Positions 32,128-44,218 are shown, counted from the first letter of the stretch. The stretch: DNA of 64,000 nt from a virus (IMGVR_UViG_3300031994_000045:1-64000); one strand, 5' to 3'. Numbers and translations: made by a program. The notes: generated by a model not told the origin, from the sequence alone.

Positions 32128-34812
32128 CTAGATCGGCACGACTTCGTCGAACCGGCCCGGATTGGTTTCAGGCGCCTGGGTTGCGATGGCCGACGGGGGC
32201 GTCTGGGGCCTGCCGGTCACGTTGTTCAAACGGTCGTAGTTCCTGAGGAGGTTCGCGGCCTGCGCCTGGTCCTGCTGCCGGCGGGCCAGCTCGTCGCGCG
32301 TCTCCTGCGTCCGGCGCATTCCCTCGATGCCGGCCTCGGACTCGGCCCTGCGGTTCTCGATGCCGGCGCGGGTCGCGGCGGCCTCGTTGGCGGCGCGGGC
32401 CCTCGCGGCCTCCGTCTCGATCCCTATCCTGCCCGCGTTGCTCTCGCGCTCGATCTGCAGCTTGCCGGAACTGACCTCGCGGTCGACCTGGAGGCGGGCC
32501 ATCGCCACCTCCTTCTCGGCCTGGACCTTCGCGAACCCGACCTCCTTGTCGGCCTGGACCTTCGCGAGGGCCTTCTGCATCTCGGCCTCCGACGCCTGCT
32601 TCTCGAGCGCCTCGAGCTCCCGCTGCTGCCGTTCCGCCTCCGCCTCGCGGACGCGGCGCTGCGTGGCTATCGCGAGGTTGAGCGCCTTGATCGTCGGGGC
32701 CAGGTCCTTCAGCATGTCGCGGACGTTCTGCGCGGCCTCCTTCATCCCCAGCTGCGTCTGGCCGAACTGGAGATGCTCCTGGATGTGGGCGGACGCGGCC
32801 TCCAGCACCTGGGCGATCTGCTCCGGGTTGTCGAGCTGCGGGGCGAGATCGCCCTCGGGGGACTGCTGGACGTCCTGGCCCTGCTCCGCCATCGACTGCG
32901 CCTCGGCGAGCCCCTGCTGGACCATCTGCTGGACCTCCTGCAGGACCTGCGCGTGGACGGGGATGTGCGACCAGTGCCACTGCTCCGGCCCCACCATGAC
33001 CGGCTTCAGCTCCTTCAGGAACGAGTTCTCGAGCGTCGCGAACGACGCCTGGTCGGACGGAGACTGGTCGCGGGAGACGAGCGGGCAGTACCTGTCGGCG
33101 GCCGCCCGCCCGAACTTCAGCCGGTACATGTCGTGGACGATCTCGCGGCGGCCGCTCTCGTCGAGATTTCCGGCCGTCACCTGGAGCGTGCCGGACAGGA
33201 GCTGGTACATGCCGTCCGCGCCGAGGGCGAGCTCCCGGCACATCTGGACCGTGAACCTGTCCGGAACTTCCCTCAGCATCGCCTTCGTGACGCCGTGGTC
33301 GGCGCAATATCCGACGAACTTCTCGACGACCGGATACTCGTCGGCCAGCGGCTTCGGCCCGTTCACGAGGTTCATGAACCGGCGAAACACCTCGCGGAAG
33401 ATCTTGTCGTGGACGATCACGCAGCTGTTGAACAGGTTCTCGTCGCGAAGCAGCCGGCGCCTTTCCTGGATCTCGGCCTCGGCCTTCGACATCTGCTGCC
33501 CGCCCTCCTGCACCTTGACCCCGGTCGAGAGCGGCGCGTAGTCCGTGCCGGCGACCGCGCCGGTCCCCATCTGGGACACGAACGTCCGGACCTGCGTGAG
33601 CGCCTGCAGGTTCGCGGCCGCGTTGGGGTTCGGGGCCGGCTCGAGCCCCGCCGCGATGATCGTGGCGTTCCCGTTCTCCGACAGCGACACGGCCGGCTGC
33701 ACGCCGGGGGCCGTCTGCTGCAGGGTGAGCCGCGTCGCGCGGAACGCCGCGTCGATGATGGAGCACGTCATGCGGTCCGACACGCGCTCGACCGGAACGA
33801 GGTACGTGGCGATCCCGCGGACGGAGCGGGCGAACCGCTCGCTCGACGACGCGGCGATCCACAGCATGCACTGGTCCATCGACTCGTACGCGTTCTCCTT
33901 GTAGTAGAGGAACTCCTTCGTCGTCAGGTCGGAGCCGGGCACTATGATGTGCGACACCTTCCGCGGAGGCTTCATCTCGCGGCAGTACACGTGCAGGACG
34001 CTGAACTTGTCGAACTGGTGCCGCTCGTAGAACGAGTTCATCTTCATGTACGAGAGGAAGGTCTCGTCCGGCGAGAGCCCGCCCTCGGAAGACGGGTCGT
34101 TCGTCTTGTCCGTGTGCCGCCCGAACACCTCCACGACGACGCGCTTCAGCGTCGCGACGTCCCACCCGGCGTCCCTCGCGAGGTCCTCGTTGTCGAGAAG
34201 CATGAACACGTACTCGGCCGGCAGCTCGGACTCGAACATGAACAGCTCGTGGTCGGACGACACCGACGGGCCGTCGCCCCTGAACTTGAGCTGGCCCCGC
34301 TCGAGGGCCACCGGGTAGAACGATATGTCGTCCGGCCACGTGACCGGCCCGAGCCCGTAGAGGTCGACCTCGCGCCTGGCGGTGGCCAGGGCGGGTATGG
34401 TGTGGCCGTCGTCGCGCACCGCCATCGAGAACGCCTCGGAGACTATCTGCGCCACGCGGGCGTCGTCCGGGCCGGCCTCGCCGCTCCGCTTGGGCGCGAG
34501 CGTGACCAGGTTGCACGTGTCCGTCGTGAGCTTCGTGATGGAGTCGCACCTCGCGTCGATCGTGCCCTTGAGCGCGTTGAACGAGAGGTTCGTCATGTAG
34601 GCGAGCCCCTTCGACTTGAGCTGCTCCTGCGAATACGGGAGCCCTCCCTCGTACGCGGTCTTGATCTTCGTGCGGCGCCGGGCGTCGGCCATGTCGTCGG
34701 TCTTGAGCTCGTCGTAGACGTCGTACACGGCGGTCGGCTCGGAAAACCTTCTCCTCGCCGGCGCGGCGGTCTTGTCCCCGGCGGTGGTATGGAAGCCTCT
34801 TATGCTTGTCAC
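32128..34812 (-). CDS. Portal protein (894 aa)
   Basis: GTG 34812 overlaps the upstream TGA, GGAGG RBS. Large alpha/beta protein with a Q/E/A-rich C-terminal coiled coil like the P22 portal barrel; lies between terminase and scaffold. Confidence 0.8.
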   Translation of the reverse strand: MTSIRGFHTTAGDKTAAPARRRFSEPTAVYDVYDELKTDDMADARRRTKIKTAYEGGLPYSQEQLKSKGLAYMTNLSFNALKGTIDARCDSITKLTTDTCNLVTLAPKRSGEAGPDDARVAQIVSEAFSMAVRDDGHTIPALATARREVDLYGLGPVTWPDDISFYPVALERGQLKFRGDGPSVSSDHELFMFESELPAEYVFMLLDNEDLARDAGWDVATLKRVVVEVFGRHTDKTNDPSSEGGLSPDETFLSYMKMNSFYERHQFDKFSVLHVYCREMKPPRKVSHIIVPGSDLTTKEFLYYKENAYESMDQCMLWIAASSSERFARSVRGIATYLVPVERVSDRMTCSIIDAAFRATRLTLQQTAPGVQPAVSLSENGNATIIAAGLEPAPNPNAAANLQALTQVRTFVSQMGTGAVAGTDYAPLSTGVKVQEGGQQMSKAEAEIQERRRLLRDENLFNSCVIVHDKIFREVFRRFMNLVNGPKPLADEYPVVEKFVGYCADHGVTKAMLREVPDRFTVQMCRELALGADGMYQLLSGTLQVTAGNLDESGRREIVHDMYRLKFGRAAADRYCPLVSRDQSPSDQASFATLENSFLKELKPVMVGPEQWHWSHIPVHAQVLQEVQQMVQQGLAEAQSMAEQGQDVQQSPEGDLAPQLDNPEQIAQVLEAASAHIQEHLQFGQTQLGMKEAAQNVRDMLKDLAPTIKALNLAIATQRRVREAEAERQQRELEALEKQASEAEMQKALAKVQADKEVGFAKVQAEKEVAMARLQVDREVSSGKLQIERESNAGRIGIETEAARARAANEAAATRAGIENRRAESEAGIEGMRRTQETRDELARRQQDQAQAANLLRNYDRLNNVTGRPQTPPSAIATQAPETNPGRFDEVVPI

Positions 34813-35375
34813 GGATCGTTCCTCCAGCAAGTGTCCGGGGCTCCCTCGAACCCGGGTTCATCCTTCCCGTAATCGACTGACGCGATCACGGCCTCGAAAG
34901 TCCCGACGCACGAGCAGCAGCCCGACGCCTCGTCCGCGGGCAGCTTCGGCCGACGCCCGCCGAACCTGTCCGAGATCCACTGGTCGTACCCGGTGCAGTG
35001 GAGGCAGAAGTCCCTGCGGTGCCTCGGGCACTCCTGGCACCTTTGCATCCTCGCGGTCACGACGTCGAACGTGACGAGCGGCCTGGCGAAGTACGGGGAC
35101 GCCTTCTCCGCAGCCATCCTGGCCGTTATCACCGGGGAATGCGCATCCGTCCCGGCACAGAACCACTCCGGCATGTGGGGGCACATGAACCTCGCCAGTT
35201 CGTCAGCCGCGTTAGCGTCCACCCCATGCCGCCTCAGGAGCTCGTCCACCCGTCGGACGGCCAGGTCGTATGTCGGGGAACTCACCCGCTCGTCGCCGAG
35301 CTGGTAGAACCATGTCCCTCCCGGCGGGACGGTGTACGGGTTCACGGAGCGAAATCTGGGGCGCATGTCCGCCAA
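34809..35375 (-). CDS. Cys-rich putative metal-binding protein (~188 aa)
   Basis: TTG 35375 (or ATG 35366) after GGAGG. Motifs PPGGTWFY, CQECP, CLHC, CCSC, CW. Confidence 0.7.
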   Translation of the reverse strand: MADMRPRFRSVNPYTVPPGGTWFYQLGDERVSSPTYDLAVRRVDELLRRHGVDANAADELARFMCPHMPEWFCAGTDAHSPVITARMAAEKASPYFARPLVTFDVVTARMQRCQECPRHRRDFCLHCTGYDQWISDRFGGRRPKLPADEASGCCSCVGTFEAVIASVDYGKDEPGFEGAPDTCWRNDP

Positions 35376-35377
35376 GG

Positions 35378-36010
35378 TTACTTGCCTCCATTCGACACGT
35401 GAGGTCCGGCGGACTTGCCGGCGGACTTGCCGGCGGACTTGCCGGCGGACTTGCCGGCGGACTTGCCGGCGGACTTGCCGGACGAGACCGACATCGACAC
35501 CATCGTCCCGCGCTCCATGTGCTCCGCCGCCAGCTTCTCCATCGCCTCCAGCGTCGCGTCGGAAGGCTCCGTGGCGGCGTCCGGCCTTGGCGCGGGTGGC
35601 TCGCGGACGCTCTCGGCGGCCGGCGGGGGCGCCGGACGGGAACGGGACGCGACCCCGTCCCTCATCGTGAGAAGATGCAGAAGCTCGTCGAGGTCCCGGT
35701 ACGCCTGCCGCGGGTTGAACCCGCCCGAATAGAAGTACCTTCCGTCCGGAAGCTCCTGCAGCAGGAGCTTCTCTCCCGTGTACGCGCACGTCGGGCGCCT
35801 GGCCCCGTCCGCCGCGCCGTGCACCCCGTTCCGCATGGACGCCCTATCCTGGAGCTCGGCGAGGCTTCCGACGGGCTCGCGGAGGGTGAACGCGCCGGGA
35901 CAGCTGTACAATACGCTCCCGTGCCCGACTGTCAGAAACACGTCGAGCTCTTCGCCCGTGTAGGGGCACTTTATCCCGCGGGCCCGCGGTACGGTTACCT
36001 TGTTCGTCAT
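35378..36010 (-). CDS. Hypothetical protein with duplicated CxYTGE motif and (KSAG)6 tail (210 aa)
   Basis: ATG 36010 with AAGGAGG RBS and a promoter just upstream. CPYTGEEL and CAYTGEKL repeats. Confidence 0.75.
   Translation of the reverse strand: MTNKVTVPRARGIKCPYTGEELDVFLTVGHGSVLYSCPGAFTLREPVGSLAELQDRASMRNGVHGAADGARRPTCAYTGEKLLLQELPDGRYFYSGGFNPRQAYRDLDELLHLLTMRDGVASRSRPAPPPAAESVREPPAPRPDAATEPSDATLEAMEKLAAEHMERGTMVSMSVSSGKSAGKSAGKSAGKSAGKSAGKSAGPHVSNGGK
35406..35477 (-). repeat. 12-bp tandem repeat x6 encoding (KSAG)6
   Basis: CCGGCGGACTTG x6. Confidence 0.95.
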
Positions 36011-36035
36011 TTGCCCTCCTTGCAGAAACTCTCCG

Positions 36036-36065
36036 ATTATAGCACACACCGGGCGGAGAAGTCAA
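36036..36065 (-). promoter_or_regulatory. sigma70-type promoter for the portal operon
   Basis: TTGACT-18 nt-TATAAT with TGTGC before the -10. Confidence 0.8.
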
Positions 36066-37903
36066 TCCATCGCGTCAATTCCGTCCACCCCGTCCTCTCC
36101 CTCCCCGATGGGATCCGACGGGGGAAGCGCCGCGGCCTGCCCGAACCGGCTCTCGCCGACAAGCGGGACCTTGGCGGTCGGAACCCACCCGTACGGAAGG
36201 ACGCCGAGCCTCTCCTTGACGGCGAGCGCGCCGAGCGCGCACGCGTCGGCCTCGTCGGGCGAACGCTTGAACACGCGCTTCTTAAAGTCCTCCTTCGGCT
36301 CGAGCGCAAGCGGCTTCCTCGGCGTCGACTGCCCTTTCACCGTCCTGAACCGGCGCTTCGTCAGGGCCTCCGCGGCGGCGCGCGGGAGGCCGCGCACCAT
36401 GCCGGCCTTGCAGAACGCGGCGAGCGTGCACCACGCCTCGGCGTTCCGGTCCGCGTATTCCTCGAAGCCCTTCACGTCCGTCTTCGCGTGGATCGGAAGG
36501 TCGGACGCCTTCTGGGAGTTGTTCACGTGCATGACGCGCACGGCTCCCTGGCCGATGTAGATGTCGATGTCGTCGGCGAGACCCTGGTTGGCGGACGAGT
36601 CGACGGCGGTCGCGTGCAGAGGGGCGGCGTACCCTCCGGGGTCGTCCGCGAGGACCCGCACCTGATCGAGCAGCTGCTGCGTCACGGGCCTCGGGTCCGA
36701 CGCCTTGATCTGCAGCTTGCGCAACTCGGAAAAGTCGAGGATAGGGTATCCGAGGGACGGCTGCCGGACCTTCACCTTGTCGTAGCACGCGCCGTCCCCG
36801 CCCTCGGACCACGCGGGGTCGAGGCCGGCGGCGACGGCGACGACCGGCGCGTCTGGAGGAGGCTCCGTGACGTGGTTCGCGCGGGCGACCGCCGGATCGA
36901 GGACGGTCGGGACGGCGACGCCCGTGGGAGGAGGGAAGCCGCGCACCATCTGCCAGAACACGGGCGCGTCCTCGTTCCCGTCGCAGTCGGCGAGGTTGGC
37001 CTCGATGACCTCCTTCGTGAGGAGGAACGGGTAGTCCTTCTCCTTCTCCGGGTCCGTGACGGTGACGCACTTGAGCCCGTCGTGGTGCCTCACGAGAAAC
37101 CCGCGGGTCGACGTCCAGAGCCCCGTGTCGACGTTCACGGAAGCGATGCCCTTCTCCGGTATGCAGTACTGGCACGACTCGTCCTCCCACGACCCCGGGT
37201 TCGCGAGCGCGAAGAACCGGAAGTCGGACGCGCCGACGCGGAGGTTCTGCATGGCCTTGCGGATGTTGTCGTGGTGCGTGATGGTCGCGAGCTCGTCGAT
37301 GACGATGCGCACGTACTTCGCGTGCGCGCCCTGCAGCTTGCCCGAATCCTCACTGTCGTTCACGGCGACTCCGACGATCCCGGTCTTCTCGCCGATCGAC
37401 TCCGGCGAGTCGTCGTCATCGTCGTTCAGGATCGCGTAGCCCGCCTTGGAGAACCTGCCGGGGATGGGTATCCTGCTCCTCCGCGACCATGCCTTCAGCG
37501 CGGCGAAATAGGTGACGACGGCGTTCCACGAGCGGGACTTGAGCGACTGCTTGTCGGTCGACCCGAGGCGGATCACGGTGTCGAACGGGTCCGTGATCCA
37601 GTCGAGGAGCATAAGGAGGCCGTAGTCGTTCGACTTCCCGCACGACGCGCACCCCCACGTGACGCAGCCCTTCTCGGCCATCGTCCAGTCGTGGAAGTGC
37701 TCCTCCGTCCACGGCGGGACCTTGAAGTACTGCTCGGGGATGAGCGCCTTCGCCGCGTCGATGAGGGGAACCCAGGGGTCCTTGAACTCGATCCCGTACT
37801 GCGCCTTGTACTCCCGCCACTTCTTCGCGACCGTGAGGTCGATGAAGATGTCGTGCATCTCGGCGGGCCAGTCGACGCCGTGCCTGGTCTTGAACGTCGT
37901 CAC
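36062..37903 (-). CDS. terL: Terminase large subunit (613 aa)
   Basis: GTG 37903 overlaps the upstream TGA. Walker A GCASCGKS, Walker B IVIDE, coupling motif ALANP, RNase H-like nuclease GLDPAWSEGGD ... VDSS ... SPDEADA. Confidence 0.9.
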   Translation of the reverse strand: MTTFKTRHGVDWPAEMHDIFIDLTVAKKWREYKAQYGIEFKDPWVPLIDAAKALIPEQYFKVPPWTEEHFHDWTMAEKGCVTWGCASCGKSNDYGLLMLLDWITDPFDTVIRLGSTDKQSLKSRSWNAVVTYFAALKAWSRRSRIPIPGRFSKAGYAILNDDDDDSPESIGEKTGIVGVAVNDSEDSGKLQGAHAKYVRIVIDELATITHHDNIRKAMQNLRVGASDFRFFALANPGSWEDESCQYCIPEKGIASVNVDTGLWTSTRGFLVRHHDGLKCVTVTDPEKEKDYPFLLTKEVIEANLADCDGNEDAPVFWQMVRGFPPPTGVAVPTVLDPAVARANHVTEPPPDAPVVAVAAGLDPAWSEGGDGACYDKVKVRQPSLGYPILDFSELRKLQIKASDPRPVTQQLLDQVRVLADDPGGYAAPLHATAVDSSANQGLADDIDIYIGQGAVRVMHVNNSQKASDLPIHAKTDVKGFEEYADRNAEAWCTLAAFCKAGMVRGLPRAAAEALTKRRFRTVKGQSTPRKPLALEPKEDFKKRVFKRSPDEADACALGALAVKERLGVLPYGWVPTAKVPLVGESRFGQAAALPPSDPIGEGEDGVDGIDAMD

Positions 37904-38709
37904 GCGTCCCACACCACCTTTGGCGCGCGCGTCGACGGGACCGTCACATGCCCCCGAAGCTGCGGCTGGTCGAAAATATGGACCTCGCCCGGGATCCATC
38001 CGTTGCAAAGGCCATGTACCGGGTCGTTGTACATCTTGGAGGGGTACGACGAAAGGTCGCTGGGCTGGTCCGCCACGCCATCAGTACTGCCATGGAGAAA
38101 ATCACCGGCCTTGATCGCGGTCAAATCAAGCTGGGCCAGCTTGCCGTCGAGCACGATGGTCAGGTCTGGCAGCAACACGGTCCCCATCTTGGAAACATAG
38201 CCGTTGTTCGCTCCCACCGCAGCGGCGATGCTGGCAGCTCGATTTGTTCCGGAATAAAACGTGTTAGGAATACCGCCCGTGACCCCAGAAGCAACTATAC
38301 TTGCTGGCATATCAGTGTAGCCAGACACTAGCCGCACAAACCCGGAATTGTCATAGGTATATTTAACGCCGGACCACGTTATCGTAAGACTCGTTAAGCC
38401 AGAAGGATAAGATACCGGATACGCAACATTAGGATCGAAGGGATCGTCGCCGCCAGACCCCCAAGCGCTGCCGCCACTAGACGTCCTATTAGACACGACC
38501 AGGGAAAACGTGTGGCCGGACGCTGCCGTCGCCAGCCCGACCAAGAACAGCCGCATCATGTAATAGCTGACAAAGGTGTAAGTAGTGCCCGCTATCGTCT
38601 CCTCGTCCGGGCCGTCGACGAGCCCGGGAACGAACTTTCCGGTGATGACGACCTTGGGCCTGCCTCTGCCCATGTACGGCGTCAAGCTGGTTCCAAGGGA
38701 AATCGCCAT
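37900..38709 (-). CDS. Hypothetical tail-associated protein (269 aa), lower GC
   Basis: GGAG RBS; S/T/G-rich beta-type sequence; middle visibly AT-richer than its flanks. Confidence 0.65.
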   Translation of the reverse strand: MAISLGTSLTPYMGRGRPKVVITGKFVPGLVDGPDEETIAGTTYTFVSYYMMRLFLVGLATAASGHTFSLVVSNRTSSGGSAWGSGGDDPFDPNVAYPVSYPSGLTSLTITWSGVKYTYDNSGFVRLVSGYTDMPASIVASGVTGGIPNTFYSGTNRAASIAAAVGANNGYVSKMGTVLLPDLTIVLDGKLAQLDLTAIKAGDFLHGSTDGVADQPSDLSSYPSKMYNDPVHGLCNGWIPGEVHIFDQPQLRGHVTVPSTRAPKVVWDA

Positions 38710-38727
38710 CCGTCAGCTCCCGTCAAA

Positions 38728-40511
<1,784 letters not shown>

Positions 40512-40512
<1 letters not shown>

Positions 40513-41237
40513 CAGACGTTGACCTCCGCGCTGACGACCGTGGCCCCGTCCGGGTCCGTCTCGGTCCCGCCGGGGACTCCGGCCCGCAGGTCGGCGTAGT
40601 ACGTCCCGGCGACCTTTATGATCCTGAGGAGCCACTTCCGCGACGGAAGCGCGAACGAGTCCTGGTGGCCCCACGTCGGGCGGGAACCTCCCACGAGCAC
40701 GTCCGAGAACGGAAACCGGCTTCCGTCCGTGGACTCGATCGCCACGTAGACGTCGAACGGGCCGTCCGGCGGGACGATGGAAAGCGGCTCGTACACGACA
40801 GGCGACGCGAGCCTGACCTGCGTCATGCTCGCCATCTGCACGACGCGGGACGAGATGACCCCGAGGTCGACCTCCGTCCTCTCCTGCGACGGCTGCCCCG
40901 GCGAAGACCCGGTCGGGAGCCCGGTCACGGACGCGTCGGCGAGCAGGATCGTGTCGCCGGCGAGGACGACGCGGAGCCTCGCGGAGGCGTCCTCCGCCCA
41001 CGAAGGGACGGAAAGCGTCCCGACGCGGACGCCCCGCCGGAGCGGATCCGCGGCCAGCGCGCAGGACGCGTGCTCGACGCCCGACGCCTCCAGGGCGAGC
41101 GACGCGTCGGACGACGTGTCCTCCCGGAACTCGGGGGCGTCGACGAAGATGCTGTACGTCGAACCGGCGAACAGCCTCTGCCCGCCCGGAAACGCGGCGA
41201 GCGAATCGTTCAGCTTCCGTAGCCTCAGCTCGGGCAT
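40512..41237 (-). CDS. Hypothetical tail-module protein (241 aa)
   Basis: ORF translationally coupled to the collagen fibre gene. Confidence 0.65.
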
Positions 41238-41244
41238 GGTGCCG

Positions 41245-41592
41245 CTACCCTTGCGCCCCGGTCCCGACGTAGTCGATCAGCCCGGTCAGGTCGTCCGCCG
41301 AGAGGAAGATCCCGAGCTTCCTCACGTACAGCTCCCCGCCGGCCGTCTCGACGCCGGCCTCGACGCCCTTGCGGACGAGGTCGAGGTCGATGTTGCCCTC
41401 CCCGTCCACGAGCCCGAGGTCCTTCATGTCCGCGAACTGCTCGTCCGTGATCCGGAGCATGCCCATCGCGTGGGCCCACCCGATCTTGAACCTGGCCGCG
41501 TTGTCGGCCTTCTTGTCCTTCAGCTTCGGCAGGAGGACCGTCGTCACGTACTCGTCCAACCTCTTGCCAGCCAGCTCTCTCGATACCTTCAT
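41245..41592 (-). CDS. Hypothetical protein (115 aa)
   Basis: ATG 41592 (MKVSREL...) with AAGGA RBS. Confidence 0.7.
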   Translation of the reverse strand: MKVSRELAGKRLDEYVTTVLLPKLKDKKADNAARFKIGWAHAMGMLRITDEQFADMKDLGLVDGEGNIDLDLVRKGVEAGVETAGGELYVRKLGIFLSADDLTGLIDYVGTGAQG

Positions 41593-41630
41593 TTCCGTTC
41601 CTTCATCTTCGTTCTCCTTCGTGCGGCCGG

Positions 41631-41684
41631 AAACAACCGGACGCCGGCGGAGGGAAGCCCGGGCTGCCTCCCGCCGGCGTCCGG
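41631..41684 (-). terminator. Intrinsic terminator-like hairpin
   Basis: 14-bp inverted repeat CCGGACGCCGGCGG (41637-41650) / CCGCCGGCGTCCGG (41671-41684) followed by TTGTTT on the minus strand. Confidence 0.6.
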
Positions 41685-41690
41685 ACCGTC

Positions 41691-42182
41691 TTAGCCCTGG
41701 CCCTGCTGCGCGGTCTTCGCGGCGGGCATCGCGGCGGCGATGGCCGCGGCGAGCGCGGTCACGTCGGGGACCGGAGGCGGGACGGGCACGACCTGCACCG
41801 GGCCGACGCCGGGGTTGAGGTTCCCGTTCGGGATCGTGAGCTGCGTCATGCCGTAGAGGCGGTCGACGGCCTTCTCGAGGCACGCGATCTTGCCCTCCTG
41901 GACGGCGTTCCACGCGACCTGGCGCGTGTTCAGCTCGTTCGCGTAGAGCTTCGACTTCAGCTCCTGGTTCTCGGTCGTGAGGTCGAGCACCTTCTGGGTG
42001 ACCGGCTCCATGCCGGGCGGAGGCGGAGGAGGCGGGTTGCCCCCGAGAACGCCGCCGAGGATTCCGCCGGGGCCGGAGACGGCCTTCGCGGCGACTGCCG
42101 TGGCGACCCCCGCGAGCCAGTACAGCGGGCCCTTGAGCCCGCCGCCGTCGTAGGCGGTCTCCTCGTTGCTGTCGGATCTCAT
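41691..42182 (-). CDS. Hypothetical protein with a hydrophobic Gly/Ala segment and coiled coil (163 aa)
   Basis: AAGGAG RBS; 'LYWLAGVATAVAAKAV...GGILGGVLGG' followed by a heptad region. Confidence 0.75.
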   Translation of the reverse strand: MRSDSNEETAYDGGGLKGPLYWLAGVATAVAAKAVSGPGGILGGVLGGNPPPPPPPGMEPVTQKVLDLTTENQELKSKLYANELNTRQVAWNAVQEGKIACLEKAVDRLYGMTQLTIPNGNLNPGVGPVQVVPVPPPVPDVTALAAAIAAAMPAAKTAQQGQG

Positions 42183-42243
42183 GCTATGATTCTCCTTGTT
42201 GGATGTTGCGTTGACTTCTCCCCGCCCACCCGGGCAGGGAAAA

Positions 42244-42609
42244 TCACTTCTTCGCCGCGGGCTCGGCCGGCACGGGCTCGGTTGGCGCCTGGTCCTCGGG
42301 CGCCTCCGCGTGCTCCTCGGGGGCCGACATCTCGGACTCGAGGATCTTCTCGGCGGCCTCGACGGCGGCGTAAGTGGCGCACTCCTCGTGGTAGTGGATC
42401 CACTTCATGACGGCCATGCCGGCGGCGGCCTTCTGCGGCGGCTTCCCGTGCGCGAGGACGTCCTCGTACATCGTCATCACGCCCTCCCACGAGCAAGGGT
42501 CCATGCCTTCGGGAAGCTCGGCTCCCATGGCGCGGAGGCACGTCACGGCCTCCTTCTTGCTCTTCATGAAATGGTCCTTCATGATCGTAGCTTCGGTCTC
42601 TGGCTTCAT
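42244..42609 (-). CDS. Hypothetical protein (121 aa)
   Basis: AGGAG RBS and a promoter directly upstream. Confidence 0.75.
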   Translation of the reverse strand: MKPETEATIMKDHFMKSKKEAVTCLRAMGAELPEGMDPCSWEGVMTMYEDVLAHGKPPQKAAAGMAVMKWIHYHEECATYAAVEAAEKILESEMSAPEEHAEAPEDQAPTEPVPAEPAAKK

Positions 42610-42639
42610 GGCTTTCTCCTATGGCTGGATGACGGTCCA

Positions 42640-42669
42640 ATGATACCACAAAAGGCGCGGCGGGGTCAA
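42640..42669 (-). promoter_or_regulatory. sigma70-type promoter
   Basis: TTGACC-18 nt-TATCAT with TGTGG before the -10. Confidence 0.7.
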
Positions 42670-42779
42670 GCGAGTCGCGAAAATTTTCTCAAGAATCTTT
42701 CACGCCCACCGATTGCCAATGATCGCCTTCCTGATCGCGTCTCTGTTCTCGGCCAGATTCGTAAGTTCTGATGCTATGC

Positions 42780-43544
42780 TCATGGCAGATTGAACCTCTC
42801 TTGGTCAATGGCGTAGTTCGCGGCGATCTCGTCGGCGGCGAGGGCTCTGTTATAGAACCTTAGGGCATACGCGTGTCCGTCGTCCGGCGGGGATGGCTCC
42901 CACCACCGTCCAGTTCCGCCGAAGAGGTTCGTCCCCGCCCCAAACAGAACTCCGTCAGAAGTGACTGTCACTGCCTGGACGGAACCAGAGCCGACGCTCT
43001 TATACGAGCCTGCGTCGTAGAAGATAGTCGTTACGCCCGTCCCTTCTATATGCTTGGTTATGGCAGTGCCTATTCCTGGTCTTGCGGCATTGTTCGCGTG
43101 GAACTCGTAATTCATCCCCATGCGGAACTTCATGTTGTTGGCTTCGCCAGACATGGACATCGCCCTGCTCGCATACACGTTCAGTCCGAAGAACGGCGTG
43201 GAGTCCACAAGCGAAGGCGTCCCGAGTTTTCTTACCACCTCAAGGGTGCAATCGCCTTTCACAGCATCCACAACCGAAGTCGACGCCGTGAAGGCCCAGC
43301 TGAATGTGCCGTCCATCGTGCACGAGTTTTCGTCGAACGGGCTAGACCTTGAATATCCGCTTCCTTTCACTATGACGGCGTCGTTTCCGTTGCCCGAAAG
43401 ATCCTTCCATGCCTCCGACCCGTTGTCGTGCTTTCCGCCAGCGACATTCCAGATTCCGTCCCACATGGCTATGAGCCCGTCCGTGACGTAGGGGTTTACC
43501 CATCCGCCGACCGCCATACCGTTCCTGTCGGCTATCAGCATCAA
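42780..43544 (-). CDS. LamG/concanavalin-A-like putative receptor-binding protein (254 aa)
   Basis: N-terminal YVTDGLIAMWDG...WKDLSGNGND and C-terminal LRFYNRALAADEIAANY are laminin-G-like hallmarks; lower GC. Confidence 0.8.
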   Translation of the reverse strand: MMLIADRNGMAVGGWVNPYVTDGLIAMWDGIWNVAGGKHDNGSEAWKDLSGNGNDAVIVKGSGYSRSSPFDENSCTMDGTFSWAFTASTSVVDAVKGDCTLEVVRKLGTPSLVDSTPFFGLNVYASRAMSMSGEANNMKFRMGMNYEFHANNAARPGIGTAITKHIEGTGVTTIFYDAGSYKSVGSGSVQAVTVTSDGVLFGAGTNLFGGTGRWWEPSPPDDGHAYALRFYNRALAADEIAANYAIDQERFNLP

Positions 43545-44164
43545 ATACCTCCTTCCACGGACGCGGAGAGAATCGCCTCTGCTGTCGCGTCGTCGATGCC
43601 GAGCGTCGTCTTTATCGCCGCGAGGAACGGCGCGAAGTACTCGTTGTCCTCCGCGAACGTGAGCGCCGTTGAGTACGCCCTGCGGAGCGGCATGGTCTCG
43701 CCCTTGTCGTTAGTTATGGTCTGAGCGTCGATGAACGCGTCTACTGCCGGAAGCAGGCCTGCCTTGAAAAGAGCGAGCTCAAGCCGTAGCTTTGAGAACA
43801 CGCGAGGCGGAGGCGGAGGGTCGTCCACGAGGACGTACTCCAAGAAGTAGTACGTGTCCGCGCCTTTTATCTTGCCCGTCTTCTGCCAGTGTTTCCCCTG
43901 CTCGTGCAGTCCGGGGGTCATGTCGTAGAGGCGGAGGTAGCCAGCCTGCGCCCAGTCTGCGGCCTCAGGCTGCTGGACGTACTTGTCCTCTATCCAGTCG
44001 GACTCGCGGTGTATCGTCTCTCCCGTTGGCTCTCCAGTCTCCGGGTCGATCACGTCCTCGTCCCAATCCTCGTGGTGCGGAATATGGAGGACGAGTGGGA
44101 TCGGGGCGTAGAGGGGATATCCGTTCTCGTCAGGCTTCGCGTAGTCTTTGTTGTACTTGATCAT
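43541..44164 (-). CDS. Tail-fibre-associated (chaperone-like) protein (207 aa)
   Basis: Lies within the fibre cluster; 'PPPPRVFSKLRLELAL...' helical C-terminal domain. Confidence 0.55.
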   Translation of the reverse strand: MIKYNKDYAKPDENGYPLYAPIPLVLHIPHHEDWDEDVIDPETGEPTGETIHRESDWIEDKYVQQPEAADWAQAGYLRLYDMTPGLHEQGKHWQKTGKIKGADTYYFLEYVLVDDPPPPPRVFSKLRLELALFKAGLLPAVDAFIDAQTITNDKGETMPLRRAYSTALTFAEDNEYFAPFLAAIKTTLGIDDATAEAILSASVEGGI

Positions 44165-44218
44165 GGCAGGTCGAACCTTTCATTTCGCATTCGCAGACGA
44201 GTCTCCAGGATCCGTTTT

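Noticed and set aside
41245-42609. Lysis cassette (holin/endolysin)
   Set aside because: One gene has a hydrophobic segment, but no amidase, lysozyme or peptidase motif is recognisable.
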